From contig OZ024743.1 of NCBI GenBank assembly GCA_964016885.1, positions 59,644,001 through 59,708,000 on the forward strand: 64,000 nt of DNA. Direction: 5' to 3'. Below the pieces are notes generated by a model. That model did not search any database. It was not told where the DNA came from and saw nothing but the letters and a program-made list of their open reading frames with translations. Origin of the DNA: Eledone cirrhosa (lineage: Eukaryota). This document shows positions 31,046 to 43,789 of this stretch, piece after piece; within the stretch, counting starts at the first letter, position 1; every line of letters starts with the position of its first letter. The translations under genes were made by a program, and so were the position numbers.

Positions 31046-32801
31046 GAGTCTTTCTAATCCATATTTTAAGATGACGATTTTATTTGTTATTGTGGTTAAT
31101 TAAATATTGAAGTTAACAGATGCAATGAAACGAATAACATTTATAAACAGACATATTGACATTCAATGACTTTAAGTATACATAATCAGGAAACGTCAAA
31201 AGTACTTCACATCTATTGATATCAGCTGATTTCTCTTTGGAAGGAATATGTTATGAAATTAATCTAAAAGGACAAGAAAATATAAGAATATGATAATTGA
31301 CCATCTTCATCATTATTAAAAGATTTGATGAATCTCTTCATTTAAATAATGAATATCTTATTTGTATATGAGTTGAATGTGTTTTATATAGAATATTCTT
31401 GTTCTGAATTGCAGCTAGTATGTGGTGTTTAGCAGGATCTGTCGGAAAAGTTTTAAGTTGCATTCATTTTGAATTAGATTTCAAAGTATCTCAAACATAC
31501 TATGTCAAAGTATCTCAAACGTACTATGTTAACCTATCCACTTGACTGCCTCTAAGATATATTACTGACATGCATCTATCTATACATTATGTGTCATTTA
31601 CTCTCTAGATGAGATACTAATTCACCATAAGCAAAACACTGACATGCTACGAATTTGCTTTAACATTGTTGCTAATGTCTACTGAAATATCGTTGCCCTA
31701 CACTACATAATTTCATGATGAGATAAATAACTATGTATGGACAATAAGTTGGAATATAGAGGATGTTACAATTTCTTAAACAGAGAGCCTAAATATGTGG
31801 TGAATATTTAAGGTGTTTTGTTGAGTTTGTGCAGAAATCAAACTACACAAAATGAGATATGATAGTGTGGTTCTTAAGAAAATATTTTAGGGAACCTCAT
31901 GGGAAGATTTAGAAAAGACACATCGTAATTTGGGAGACAATGGTATTGGCAGGATCTGTCATTCTTTTGTTATATAAATGTTGATTTAAGTTAATTAATA
32001 CGATAGGCAGAAACTTCACAATATTTGTGAAATAAGTTTAATGAGATTCATATGTGTATAAATTGCGAGAGAAAAAATCAAGATTTGTGTATAAATTGTA
32101 AATGAAAATGCAATATTTTTCCACCTAATTAACTACTTAGATTGGGTGCGAAATAAATCATATTTTCTATGGGTATGTAGCATTTATCTATGGAATCTTT
32201 TACAGTTTAGATTAATTAAAATACAAGAGGTTCCAAAAGGCGGATCAAAGACAAGGGAGACAACAGACGGATATAAAGATAATGTTCTACAAACAATTAA
32301 CAGTAAGAAAGATGCCACAGATTTTTATATTGACTGCAAGCGAACTGTTCAGATTTTGAGACGTAAATTACAACGATTCTTATTTGTGTTTCAAAAACAT
32401 GTAGGAAAACTTGTGCTGGTTGATCGAATATGTAAATTGGTGAAAGAAACATATTGACGTCTCTAGTTGCTTCCTATGTTATCAGTTCAAATAGTTTCGG
32501 TGGTCGGTGATCTTTTCGCCCTTTGTTGGTTTATAAAACAATTATTGAAGATCAACAGTAAACTTTTATCTGAGTCTGTATTTGAATTTTTTATATAATA
32601 TGTCAGAGAGTTTGTTATGAATGGAAAGAAAGATTTAATCGTATTTCAAGGTAATTAAATATAAAAGGAAGATCGGAATTAAAATCAACAACACAGAATT
32701 TTGTAAATATGTTTTTCTATTTTATATTAAACATCTTTTTTTCTAATAATGAATAGTACAAATAAAATTACGAAATAAAACGTAGCTCTAATTGCATTAC
32801 C

Positions 32802-32835
<34 letters not shown>

Positions 32836-32860
<25 letters not shown>

Positions 32861-33671
32861 TGTATATATAGTGTATTTTGCAATACACTGTATGCTTAAT
32901 AAAAAGCATCTATCACTACTCTTAAACAATAGCATAAGGTCTTCAAAATGCTTTTTTCTTAAGCATACAGTGTATTGCAAAATACACTATATATACATTC
33001 ATATATATATAGCTATTTCAGAGCAAAAATTCTAATTTTTAATTTCTGCTTGACCAGCAACCGCTCTGTATAATCAGTTTCTGATTATTTACTAGAATTC
33101 TATAAGAACCAAAATATCCAGGTTCTCAGCAAACAGAAGGAGTAGTTGGCTTTGATAAGCATCAATAAATGCAGAAACAAGGCCTTGCCAGCTTTATCTC
33201 CCCCTGTTTGCTAAAATTAAAGTAAGTGAGTCTGACACTACTCTAAAACAATAGCATTAGGTCTTAACAATGCTTTTTATTATGCATACAGTGTATTGCA
33301 AAATACACTATATATACACTCATATATATATGGCTATTTCAGAACAACAATTCTAATTTTTAATTTCTGCTTGACCGGCAACCGCTCTGTATAATCAGTT
33401 CGTGATTATTTACTAGAATTCTATAAGAACCATAACGTCCAGGTACACAGCAAACGGGAGGAGTAGTTGGCTTTGATAAGCATCAATAAATGCAGACACA
33501 AGGGGTTGTCAGCTTTATCTCCCCCTGTTTGCTGAAATTAAAGTAAGCGAGTCTGTCACTATTCTGAAACAATAGCATAAGGTCTTCAAAATGCTTTTTA
33601 TTAAGCATACAGTGTATTGCAAAATACACTATATATACATTCATATATATATAGCTATTTCAGAGCAACAA

Positions 33672-33678
<7 letters not shown>
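32836..33678 (+). mobile_element. ~322-bp tandem unit (x2.4) with inverted 5' fragment, in (AT)n
   Basis: Units start at ~32914, 33236 and 33557. 32836-32909 is the reverse complement of 32948-33003. Decayed hammerhead ggct-TTGATAA-GCAT..ATGC-aGAAA-CAAGGCCTTG-(C/T)C-agct at ~33148 and ~33469. Confidence 0.8.
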
Positions 33679-33742
<64 letters not shown>

Positions 33743-33780
33743 ATAAACAGGTACACCCACTCACACAAACACACATGAAT

Positions 33781-33836
<56 letters not shown>

Positions 33837-33849
33837 GTGTGTGTGAGAG

Positions 33850-35230
33850 AGGGATAGAGTGTTTGTGTGTGCGTTGGTTCGGCAAGATACTTGATGTGAA
33901 GTTATATGTTTAAACTGATACTGTTATATTTAAGGATGGTCATTTTCCAAAGATTTCCAATAGAAAGAATCACACGCTCAACATATACTTTTCACTTTAT
34001 ATGTATTTTTCGCTATTGTTTAGTTTATCAAAGTGTTTTCGACACGCATTCTGTGGCCTTCTCAAAGATTATCTGTTTTGTGCCTACTCTTTTTCCTGGT
34101 CTTAAACTCCTACTCCATCATTTATTTGTTTGTTTTGAAATTACATGTGTGTGTTTCATGTCTGTGCGCGCGTTTGAGCCTGCACCTTTGTGTGTGTGTT
34201 TGTCAGCAGCTGTAGTGTATTTTATGTGTGTGTGGTTTTGTATGGTTTGCTGCATTGCTGTTTGTGTCTTTGTTCTGTCTTCAGTCATTAAGTTTCGAGC
34301 TGTTGACATTCTACACGTGTTTCTATTTTAGGCTAGGACTTTCTATATTATACGCATGGCCACCCTAATTTGCCTGGGCGTTGCATCAGTTCTATGTGTG
34401 GATAGGATCTGTATGTCTATGATATCTACTGAACCCTCGTGTTATAGTTTCAGCTGTTTGTGATTTTCTCCTTCCTATATTCTCAACAGAGTTCCTATAA
34501 ACTCTCTCCTATACTGTTTCTCTCATGATCTCCAAGTAATTTATCCATCGGAACTCATCTTTCTCAAAAAGTGCTAAGTTCAATATCTTGATAGCAGACC
34601 TAGTAGATATGATGAGAAATGTGTCCCGCATGTGTGGTCCAACAGTGTTAATGTTGAAATGTAAGGTATGACTTTTGAAATGTATGATATCCCCTTTTTT
34701 TGTTTTCTTTCTCGGAGGTCTTGAATATAAATTTTCTTTGCTTCTTGAATGCTTTCGATTATTATATTTCTCTTCATGTGTGTATCTTTCCTCTCCTCTA
34801 TTCTGGGGTCCCTTGCTGTGTTCGAAAATATTGTGCAGATTCGCTTAACTAGTTTAAATGGAATGTTGTTGCGTGTATGAGGTGGATGAGCAGATGTGAA
34901 GAGGGTGTACTGTCGAGAGTCGGTGAGGTTGAAAAATATGTCAATGTTTAGTTTTGTTTCTTTTTGTTATTAATCTATCTAAGAAAGTGAGATTTTCCTT
35001 GCTAAATTCCATAGTGAATTGGATGTCAAAGATTATATCATGAATGAGAGTTCGAAAATTCCTTAGTTACTCAAGATTTTCCCTCCACAAAATAAAACAG
35101 TGATCTAGGTATATCTTCCAGTTTTCTTTTATATACCAACAGAGAGTACTCCTATAAATTTCTGAAGCTTTTTCATAGATTTATAATTCATAGTATCCCA
35201 TGACTAAGTTGGAATATATGTGCACTACTT
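33850..35230 (-). pseudogene. Decayed PLE 3' portion, related to 56946-60170
   Basis: Minus-strand NWKIYLDHCFILW and TDSRQYTLFTSAHPPHTRNNIPFKLVKRICTI. Multiple disruptions. Boundaries approximate. Confidence 0.75.
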
Positions 35231-35685
35231 ATTATGTGATTATGAAAACACAGAACAAAGAGAAAATGTTTATTAGATAATTCACACAAAGTTTAAACAC
35301 TCTTATAATATTTACAACACATAAAATGTAGAGTTGCGCCCCATGTCACAAATATGAAAAATACACTTTTTTCTATCCACGCAAGCGTAAACAGACCGGT
35401 AAAGAACAGATTGTATCAATTACCTTAGCAAAGACGGAAGCAACGCTAATCATGCTATAGGTAAAACGGCATGCAACAGTCTGGACGAAAAGGCGGTTAA
35501 ACATGAAAAGATATGTTTCTGATAATCTGAAAACAGAGAAAGAAGGGTGTGTTAAACATCAACATTTTGTAAATGTTATAAAGATCCTTTTTTATTATAT
35601 TTTTCGAACCGCCTTTCTTTCTTATTTTCATTTTCCACATATCACGTGATCTGTATAAAATATTTCTAACGTCCACACTTTTTCC

Positions 35686-35743
<58 letters not shown>

Positions 35744-35745
<2 letters not shown>

Positions 35746-36154
35746 GATAGCAAGTTATCATTATAGGTAATCCAGTTAGAGGTTGTGAGTACTCTGCGTC
35801 GTGGATAGATTTAACGTACGGCTTTGTTTGACTCAACAGGATGCTTCCATAGTTATGCAGCGAGTTTGCGGTAATTTTTATGCAGTTATACTTGGAGTAA
35901 TTATAGTTAAAAAATGAAGAGTAACATCGTTGACTGTACAATAAGGGCTTTATTTAAAGTACTGACAATTGTTTCGTTAACCATGTGAGTCTAGAATTCG
36001 GTAATCTACGTACTCTGATGCGTTGACCAGAGGTAAATAATGTATTGGAGATCGAATGACGCAACCTCAGGCGATTAGCGTGATCAACGAAACAATTGTC
36101 AGTACTTTAAATAAAGCCCTTATTGCACAGCCAACCATGTTACTCTTCATTCTT

Positions 36155-36160
<6 letters not shown>
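35744..36160. mobile_element. Insert with inverted arms (35902-35980 / 36083-36160) and hammerhead motif, in (AT)n
   Basis: 36010-36105 (+): GTACT-CTGATGC-GTTGA..TCAAC-GAAA-CAATTG-TC-AGTAC, with one core substitution. The left arm tail has GCAGAGTAC. Confidence 0.75.
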
Positions 36161-36194
<34 letters not shown>

Positions 36195-37948
36195 AAGTAT
36201 GTTTGGCAGCGTGAGGATCAAAGGCGTGAGAAGTAGCTAGCTAACCGCAAACACATCCCCTTGGCTTTTGAAGATCAGGAGAAAGTGTTTGACAGAGTTC
36301 CTGGGTGGTACTTAGAAAACTAAGTGTAGACGAGTGGCTTGTGAGGGCAGTACAAGCCATGTACAGAAGAACAGCCGGCACGGTCAGAATTAACAATGAC
36401 TCTAGCGAATAATTTAACATTCATCTTGGTGTCCACAAAAGCTAATTTCATAGCCTCATCCTGTTTATCGTCGTCCAAAAGGCAATAACTCAGGAGTTTA
36501 CGACTATCTGCCCTTGGTAAATTCTACATGTAGATGATCTAACCCGTAAACCCAATTTTATAGCTGAATTAGATATGATATTGCCAAACATGGCCTAGAA
36601 TATTAAGTTCTCAATGCCAACTTAGCAAAGACTAAAGTTCTAGTAAGTAGAAAGGATAACAGGGCCGATATCTCCTCAGAGAAATGACCCTGCACAGTCT
36701 GCAGACAAGGAGTAGGTAGAAATTCTATCCTATGTCCCACGTGCAAGCTATGGATACACAAGGATTGTAGTAGGATCTCAGATAAGCTAACAAAGACATT
36801 AGGTTTCCTTTTGGTCGGTGCACGAGGGCAATAAGTAGCAAGAGCTCACAGGATACAATCACCTTCAAGGCTCTCTAGAAGTGATAGATACGTTATGTTA
36901 CCTGGGTGGCAAAATCAGCAGTGAGGGACGGTTTTCGAAAGTAACCAGATGTGAAACTTCAGGGGTGTACTACCATTGCGAACTACAAATAATTTTCCCC
37001 TCAAAATGAAAGGTAGACGGTATGTTGCATGTATGCTAACAACTATGTTGCACATCAACTGGATCTGGGTCCTGTGTGCAGAGGACCTCCGAATATTGGA
37101 AATAAATGAAGCCTCCATACTTCGATGGATGTACAATAGCAACATACACGAACGGCAAAGCATAAACGAAATGCGTGAGAAATTAGGCATAACAGGGCGC
37201 AGATGTAGTGTGCAGGAGGGGAGATAGCGTTGGTATAGACATGTAAAGCATATGCAGGTTGACATCTGAATAAAAAGCTGCAGAGCACTCACAGTTTACG
37301 GTAGCCATGGAGTAGACAGACCTAGAAAGACTTGGGATGAGGTAATAAAAGCTGACCTTGCTAAATTACACCTCACTAAGGCGATAATTCAGGTCCGTGA
37401 CCTCAGGCACTATGAAGTATTACAGAAGACCCGCACTCTTATATTCACGTGCTGAGGCATATATATATAGTAGCTAACAACTTTCTCTGCCAACTCTTAT
37501 AAACATCCATCGCAATCATCCCACCCCAATAATTACTTCCTAAATTTCCCTACTATCTCCCATCCCTCCCATTTTCCAAACCCCTTCCATAAAGTTATCA
37601 CACTATGGAGTCACGACAAAAGAGCCCAGCCCACACTATGCAGTGATCACGTAGGGTTCACGACAAAAGCGCCCAGTTCTCAATGTCAAGTGTTCGTGTA
37701 GGTGTCACTGCAAATAGTACATAGTCCACACTGTAAAGTGGTCGCGTAGGTGTCCCGACAAAAAGCATCCAGTCACACCATTCACACAATGTGAGTGTGG
37801 TTGACGTTAGAAAGGGGAAACAGACGTAGAAAACCTAACCAAAATCAATTCTGTGTGAGAGAATCACAGTGTCCCGATCTGATATCTCACAAAGGGACAG
37901 CTCATCGTACCCATTCTAGCCTGGAAGCTGGATGTTAAAGGATGTTAT
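36195..37948 (+). mobile_element. Decayed RTE-clade LINE 3' half
   Basis: Remnants LAFEDQEKVFDRVP, PW*ILHVDDL, KTKVLVS, Cys-rich CTVCRQGVGRNSILCPTCKLWIHKDCS, EINEASILRWM and RPRKTWDEV. The 3' UTR has ~60-bp repeats (37600-37790). Confidence 0.8.
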
Positions 37949-38024
37949 ATATATATATATATATATATATATCATCATTTAACGTCCATCTTCCAGGGAA
38001 GCATATATATATATATATATATAT

Positions 38025-38632
38025 TATTAGAAATGTTAGCTATCGCCGTATTTTGACTAAAGAAATTAAAGAAATTATTTAGCCTGATAGTGGGGTTAAG
38101 AACCCTCGGAGAAATGGAAAAAGATGAGTATTGACGTACATGGGAGTCGAACCCACATCTTTGGTTATCCGGACCACAGTGCTACCTTTTGCACCAACAC
38201 TTCACCCGTCTTTTGCCATTCAAATTAGAAGCTATAAACTTAGCGACTCTAATGTCAAGTAAGAATATTTTCGAAACAGTGAGTGGATTTGAAATTATTA
38301 AAAATGTTAGCTATCGCCGTATTTTAACTAAAGAAATTAAAGAAATTATTTAGCGTGATTACGTACATGGGAGTCGAACCCACATCTTTGGTTATCCGGA
38401 CCACTGTGCTACCATTTACACCAACACATCACCCGTCTTTTTACATTCAAATTAGAAGCTATAAACCTAGCGACTCGCATGTACGTCAATACTCATCTTT
38501 TTCCATTTCTCCGAGAGTTCTTAACCCCACTATCAGGCTAAATAATTTCTTTAATTCTTTAGTTAAAATACGGCGATAGCTAACATTTCTAATAATTTCA
38601 AATCCACTCGCTGTCTCGAAAATATTTTTACT

Positions 38633-38634
<2 letters not shown>
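38025..38634 (-). mobile_element. tRNA-like-containing tandem + inverted insert in (AT)n
   Basis: A ~270-bp unit is repeated (38025-38294, then to 38478 with a deletion). 38479-38634 is an inverted partial unit. Confidence 0.8.
38133..38203 (-). tRNA. tRNA-like sequence (pseudo-tRNA / SINE-type head); second copy 38360-38430
   Basis: gaagtgt-TGGTGCAAAAGG-tagcactg-TGGT-ccggata-ACCA-aagat-GTGGG-TTCGACT-CCCAT-gtacgtc: A box, B box/T-arm, weak acceptor stem, TTTTT about 10 nt downstream. The anticodon loop is non-canonical. Confidence 0.55.
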
Positions 38635-38719
<85 letters not shown>

Positions 38720-38722
38720 CAT

Positions 38723-38774
<52 letters not shown>

Positions 38775-38797
38775 TATATATATATACATACATACAT

Positions 38798-38871
<74 letters not shown>

Positions 38872-39327
38872 TATACATACATACAGTTCTTAGCCATTTT
38901 TAATTCCTTTCTGGCGGGGATCATTTAAGATAAATCTTCTTCCAAGTGAGTTTGTTTCCTGATGATTTCGAAACTCGTGAATTTATCCTTGATCAGATAT
39001 TTCCAAAATGCGAATGAAAACTCATAGGGTAGAAACATAATTTTGGTATGCTTATATACATTTTTTCTTATAACTTTGATTTTATACCTAAGTGAGTATG
39101 GTTGACGATATATTTAATTGATTTCCACGTGCTATTAGAAATGGTGGGTTAATATTCTATAGTTGTTAATCGCGAATAGATAGCTGTGGTTTATTTATCT
39201 ATTATTTCTTCATAAGTGCCTTTTAATATTATAGCCTTGTTTAATTGTTTTTTTATGTGGATGATCATGGTGATTGGGAGAAGAGTTGGTGTATATATTT
39301 TATCAAATGATTCCATGGACATACTTT

Positions 39328-39377
<50 letters not shown>

Positions 39378-39390
39378 CACACACACACAC

Positions 39391-39448
<58 letters not shown>

Positions 39449-39635
39449 CACAACTATATTACACAAATAGAAGTGTGTTACACAGTGAAATGTGTGTAAA
39501 CGATTATTACAAGTGATTTTTACCGTTACTGTATAGAAAACAATATCTACCGCTTTAGCAATTAAATAGAAAAAACCTAAGTCAGAATCAAATCACTGAA
39601 GTAGAGTTTTAAATTACTAACCTTATAACTATCAG

Positions 39636-39710
39636 TTTGCTGATATGAATTAAGTTCGTTTCGCCACAGAAATGTGCAGTTTAACAGCCACAGGTTCATC
39701 AGTCAGCAAA
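39636..39710 (-). ncRNA. Type-I hammerhead motif inside an insert with ~60-bp direct terminal repeats (39459-39518 / 39871-39931)
   Basis: TTTGCTGA-CTGATGA-..-GAAA-cGAActtaaTTCa-TA-TCAGCAAA: perfect 8-bp stem I, degenerate stem II. Confidence 0.65.
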
Positions 39711-39947
39711 TGTTGATTCTGTTTACTACACATATAGCCTCATGGATAGAGAGAAAGCCAATATACACGCTGCCCAGGGTAGAGCGAAATCACGTGTTAT
39801 TTGCATCAAATAACGGTTATCATGGATTGGGAGAAAATGCTAGAGAGAAAAAGCCCAACCGTTCAAATTTATTACACGAATTGAAGTGTGTTACACAGTG
39901 AAATGTGTGTAAAGGATTATTACAAATGATTGTTACACAAACACATA

Positions 39948-40036
<89 letters not shown>

Positions 40037-40040
40037 TATG

Positions 40041-40445
<405 letters not shown>

Positions 40446-40454
40446 GTATGTATA

Positions 40455-40489
<35 letters not shown>

Positions 40490-40656
40490 CGTTTCTGAAT
40501 TTGTTTAGCAAGATTCTTTATCTATATATATATATATATATATATAGATATATAGATATATATGATTTGGGTAACCTGGGAAACTGACTATATATATATG
40601 TATATATATATACTATATATGCATACATATATGACTATATGTATATATATATATTT

Positions 40657-40720
<64 letters not shown>

Positions 40721-40729
40721 CTCTATATA

Positions 40730-40814
<85 letters not shown>

Positions 40815-40817
<3 letters not shown>

Positions 40818-42132
40818 ATACATTAACAGAGAAATCTTTAAGCTATACTCTGACTGGCTTCCATCTCACTCAACAAACATCAGGATATACCTTAGTATAA
40901 TCCCAATTTTACGTTTGGGGTGCTAACTATATGTATTTTGCGGAAAGCCAGTTGTATTATTTTATATGAGACCTAATTAAAATACATCTCCCTTTCCAAA
41001 CAATTGTTTCATTATAAGTTTTCTACAAGTTGGGGAAAATGTGTCCAGGTTATGTAGAAGCCTGCACATATTCCGTAGAAATATACGCAGGTGGGCACTT
41101 ATAAATCATCAGTGGATGCCTGTCAAACATCGATATAAAAAAACTCTCTTACCGTTGTCCAATCCAATGTCAGCGATGGTCTCTCTGCATATCAGAATGA
41201 CCGCCAAATTTGAAATTCCAGCAGTCTCAGAATGAGAAATCTCACACTGTCATCAAGCGGAAAGGCGAGGTCATCGCGAAACATAAGAAAGTAAAATAAT
41301 ATACACGCGTGTCAATTAATTTTTTCAACAATTTTAACCCTGTGTGTGAAAAACTCAATTAGATTTAAAAATAAAAATATATGCATGTATTATTTATGAA
41401 CGCATATAGATATTTTCTTAGGCTAAAAACAGAGATATGATACCAGAATAACAATCAATATTTCATAGTAATAATAAATACAAAATTTACGCTTAAAAGG
41501 TATCAGGAAATATTCATCTCAGGCCAAATCAAGAGTATAATATTTAATACATTAACAGAGAAAGATTTAAGCTATACTCTTACTGGCTTCCATCTCACTT
41601 AACAAACATTAGGATATACCTTAGTATAATCCCAATTTTACGTTTGGGGTGCTAACTATATGTATTTTGCGGAAAGCCAGTTGTATTATTTTATATGAGA
41701 CATAATTAAAATAGATCTCCCTTTCCAAACAATTGTTTCATTATAAGTTTTCTACAAGTTGGGAAAATGTGTCTAGGTTATGTAGAAGCCTGCACATATT
41801 CCGTAGGAATATACGCAGGTGGGCACTTATATATCATCTGTGGATGCCCGTCAAACATCGATATAAAAAAGACTCTCTTACCGATGTCCAATCCAATGTC
41901 AGCGATGGTCTCTCTCCGTATCAGAATGACCGCCAAATTTGAAATTCCAGCAGTCTCAGAATGAGAAATCTCACACTGTCATCAAGCGGAAAGAGGAGGT
42001 CATAGCGAAACATAAGAAAGTAAAATAATATACACGCGGGTCAATTAATTTTTTCAACAATTTTAACCCTGCGTGTGAAGAACTCAATTATATTTAAAAA
42101 AATAAATATATGCATGTATTATTTATAAACGC

Positions 42133-42135
<3 letters not shown>
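40815..42135. repeat. ~727-bp tandem duplication (1.8 units) between (AT)n tracts
   Basis: ttaatacattaacagagaaa.. occurs at 40815 and ~41543. The near-duplicate ORFs at 41041 and 41767 reflect the repeat. Confidence 0.9.
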
Positions 42136-42164
<29 letters not shown>

Positions 42165-43057
42165 AGATATATAGATATATAGGATTTGGGTAATCCCGGA
42201 AACTGACTGTTTTTTATATTGTTTTGCAAGAACAGTAACAAATTTAGGATACGATGTTTCAACGTGAAATATTGAACGGATATAATATTTGTTACGTGTT
42301 TGGGTGGTTAACATTTCTGTTTCATTACATATGAATACATTACATGGTATTAAAGAGATGTACATTAATCGGACACGGAATGGAACAATTTTCAGTTCTA
42401 TACTTGGAAATATCTCATGCCATTACATTACATATTATTTTCGCTAAACAGCCAGTTTTTACTCTTCGTGTGACACGAATGTACAGTAATGTACAGCAAT
42501 AATGTACGAGTAGAGAGGGAAAGTATTCTGAAAATAGTCTCAACAGATTTTTTTTTCTTCATGTTATTGACATAAGAGAATTATCAAGAATTATCATTAG
42601 TAAATCTACTTTATTCAAAATAATCAATTTTTGCTGAAATATATCGGACGTACTGCTGAGTCAAAATAGAGATATGCGATGAAATGAGAGATATGCTGTG
42701 TTTGTAAAAGAGACGTCAGGTAAAAGAAGTATATGTGGAATAGAAGCACGAAATATAAGAATAAAAAAATAGGACAGACAATGATTAAAAGTGTAAAAAA
42801 ACGTTTTTAATAAAAACAAAATATTTAATCAATGAGTCGAATAAGCCAGGTATAAATAGATCTCTTCTAAATGTAGGTTATTTATTCATATATTCATTGG
42901 AGTTAACAAATTAAAGATATGGTGAATATATTTTTCCATAGAAAGTGAATGATGAAAATTCGAAAGGAATACTACAGCTACAAGCATAAACTCAGTAAAG
43001 CTTATGAATTCACACATACCTTCACAACTTCTATATATATATACATACATACATACA

Positions 43058-43183
<126 letters not shown>

Positions 43184-43789
43184 ATACTTTAGGAGGGTTA
43201 TGCTGCCAATGAAAACACACACACATGTGGGTTTTCACTTCTATTTATCATAACTTTTCGGCTAGATGGATCGTTCGATAACCGGTACGTTATTTATATA
43301 TTGTCAAAGCTCTTTCGTCACACATTCTGTGACCTCCTCTGTAACTAGGTTTTTATTTTGAGTCTCTCCTTTTTTCTGTCCAACACCATCTTGTTTTTTA
43401 GTGGTGTGTGTTGTGAACTTAGTTTGTGCATGCGTTACGTCCGGTTGTCTGTGTGTTTATTTATTAATGTGTTTATTTACTTGTCACTAGTTGGTTGTTT
43501 GTTCTATATGTGTGTGTTTGATTTGTTAAGTTAGTTTAGTTTGTGTATGTGTCTGTATGCCTTAATTTTGTCCTTAATCACTATTTGTCATGTTGCTATT
43601 CCACTTATGTTTTCTGTTTAATATTAGATGGAGTTCGGTTATGTTTGTCGCCTCTCTAAGTTGTCTGAGTATTGTATCTTTTTTTTGTGTGGATATCATT
43701 TTATCTCTATGTTCTCTAATGTGCCCTTATGTTCCATATTGGCATGTTGGTGGAGTAATGATGAGTTTTCACCATCCTGGTCTTCTTGC

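Noticed and set aside
38133-38430. Functional tRNA genes
   Set aside because: Weak acceptor stem, non-canonical anticodon loop, and embedded in a repeat.
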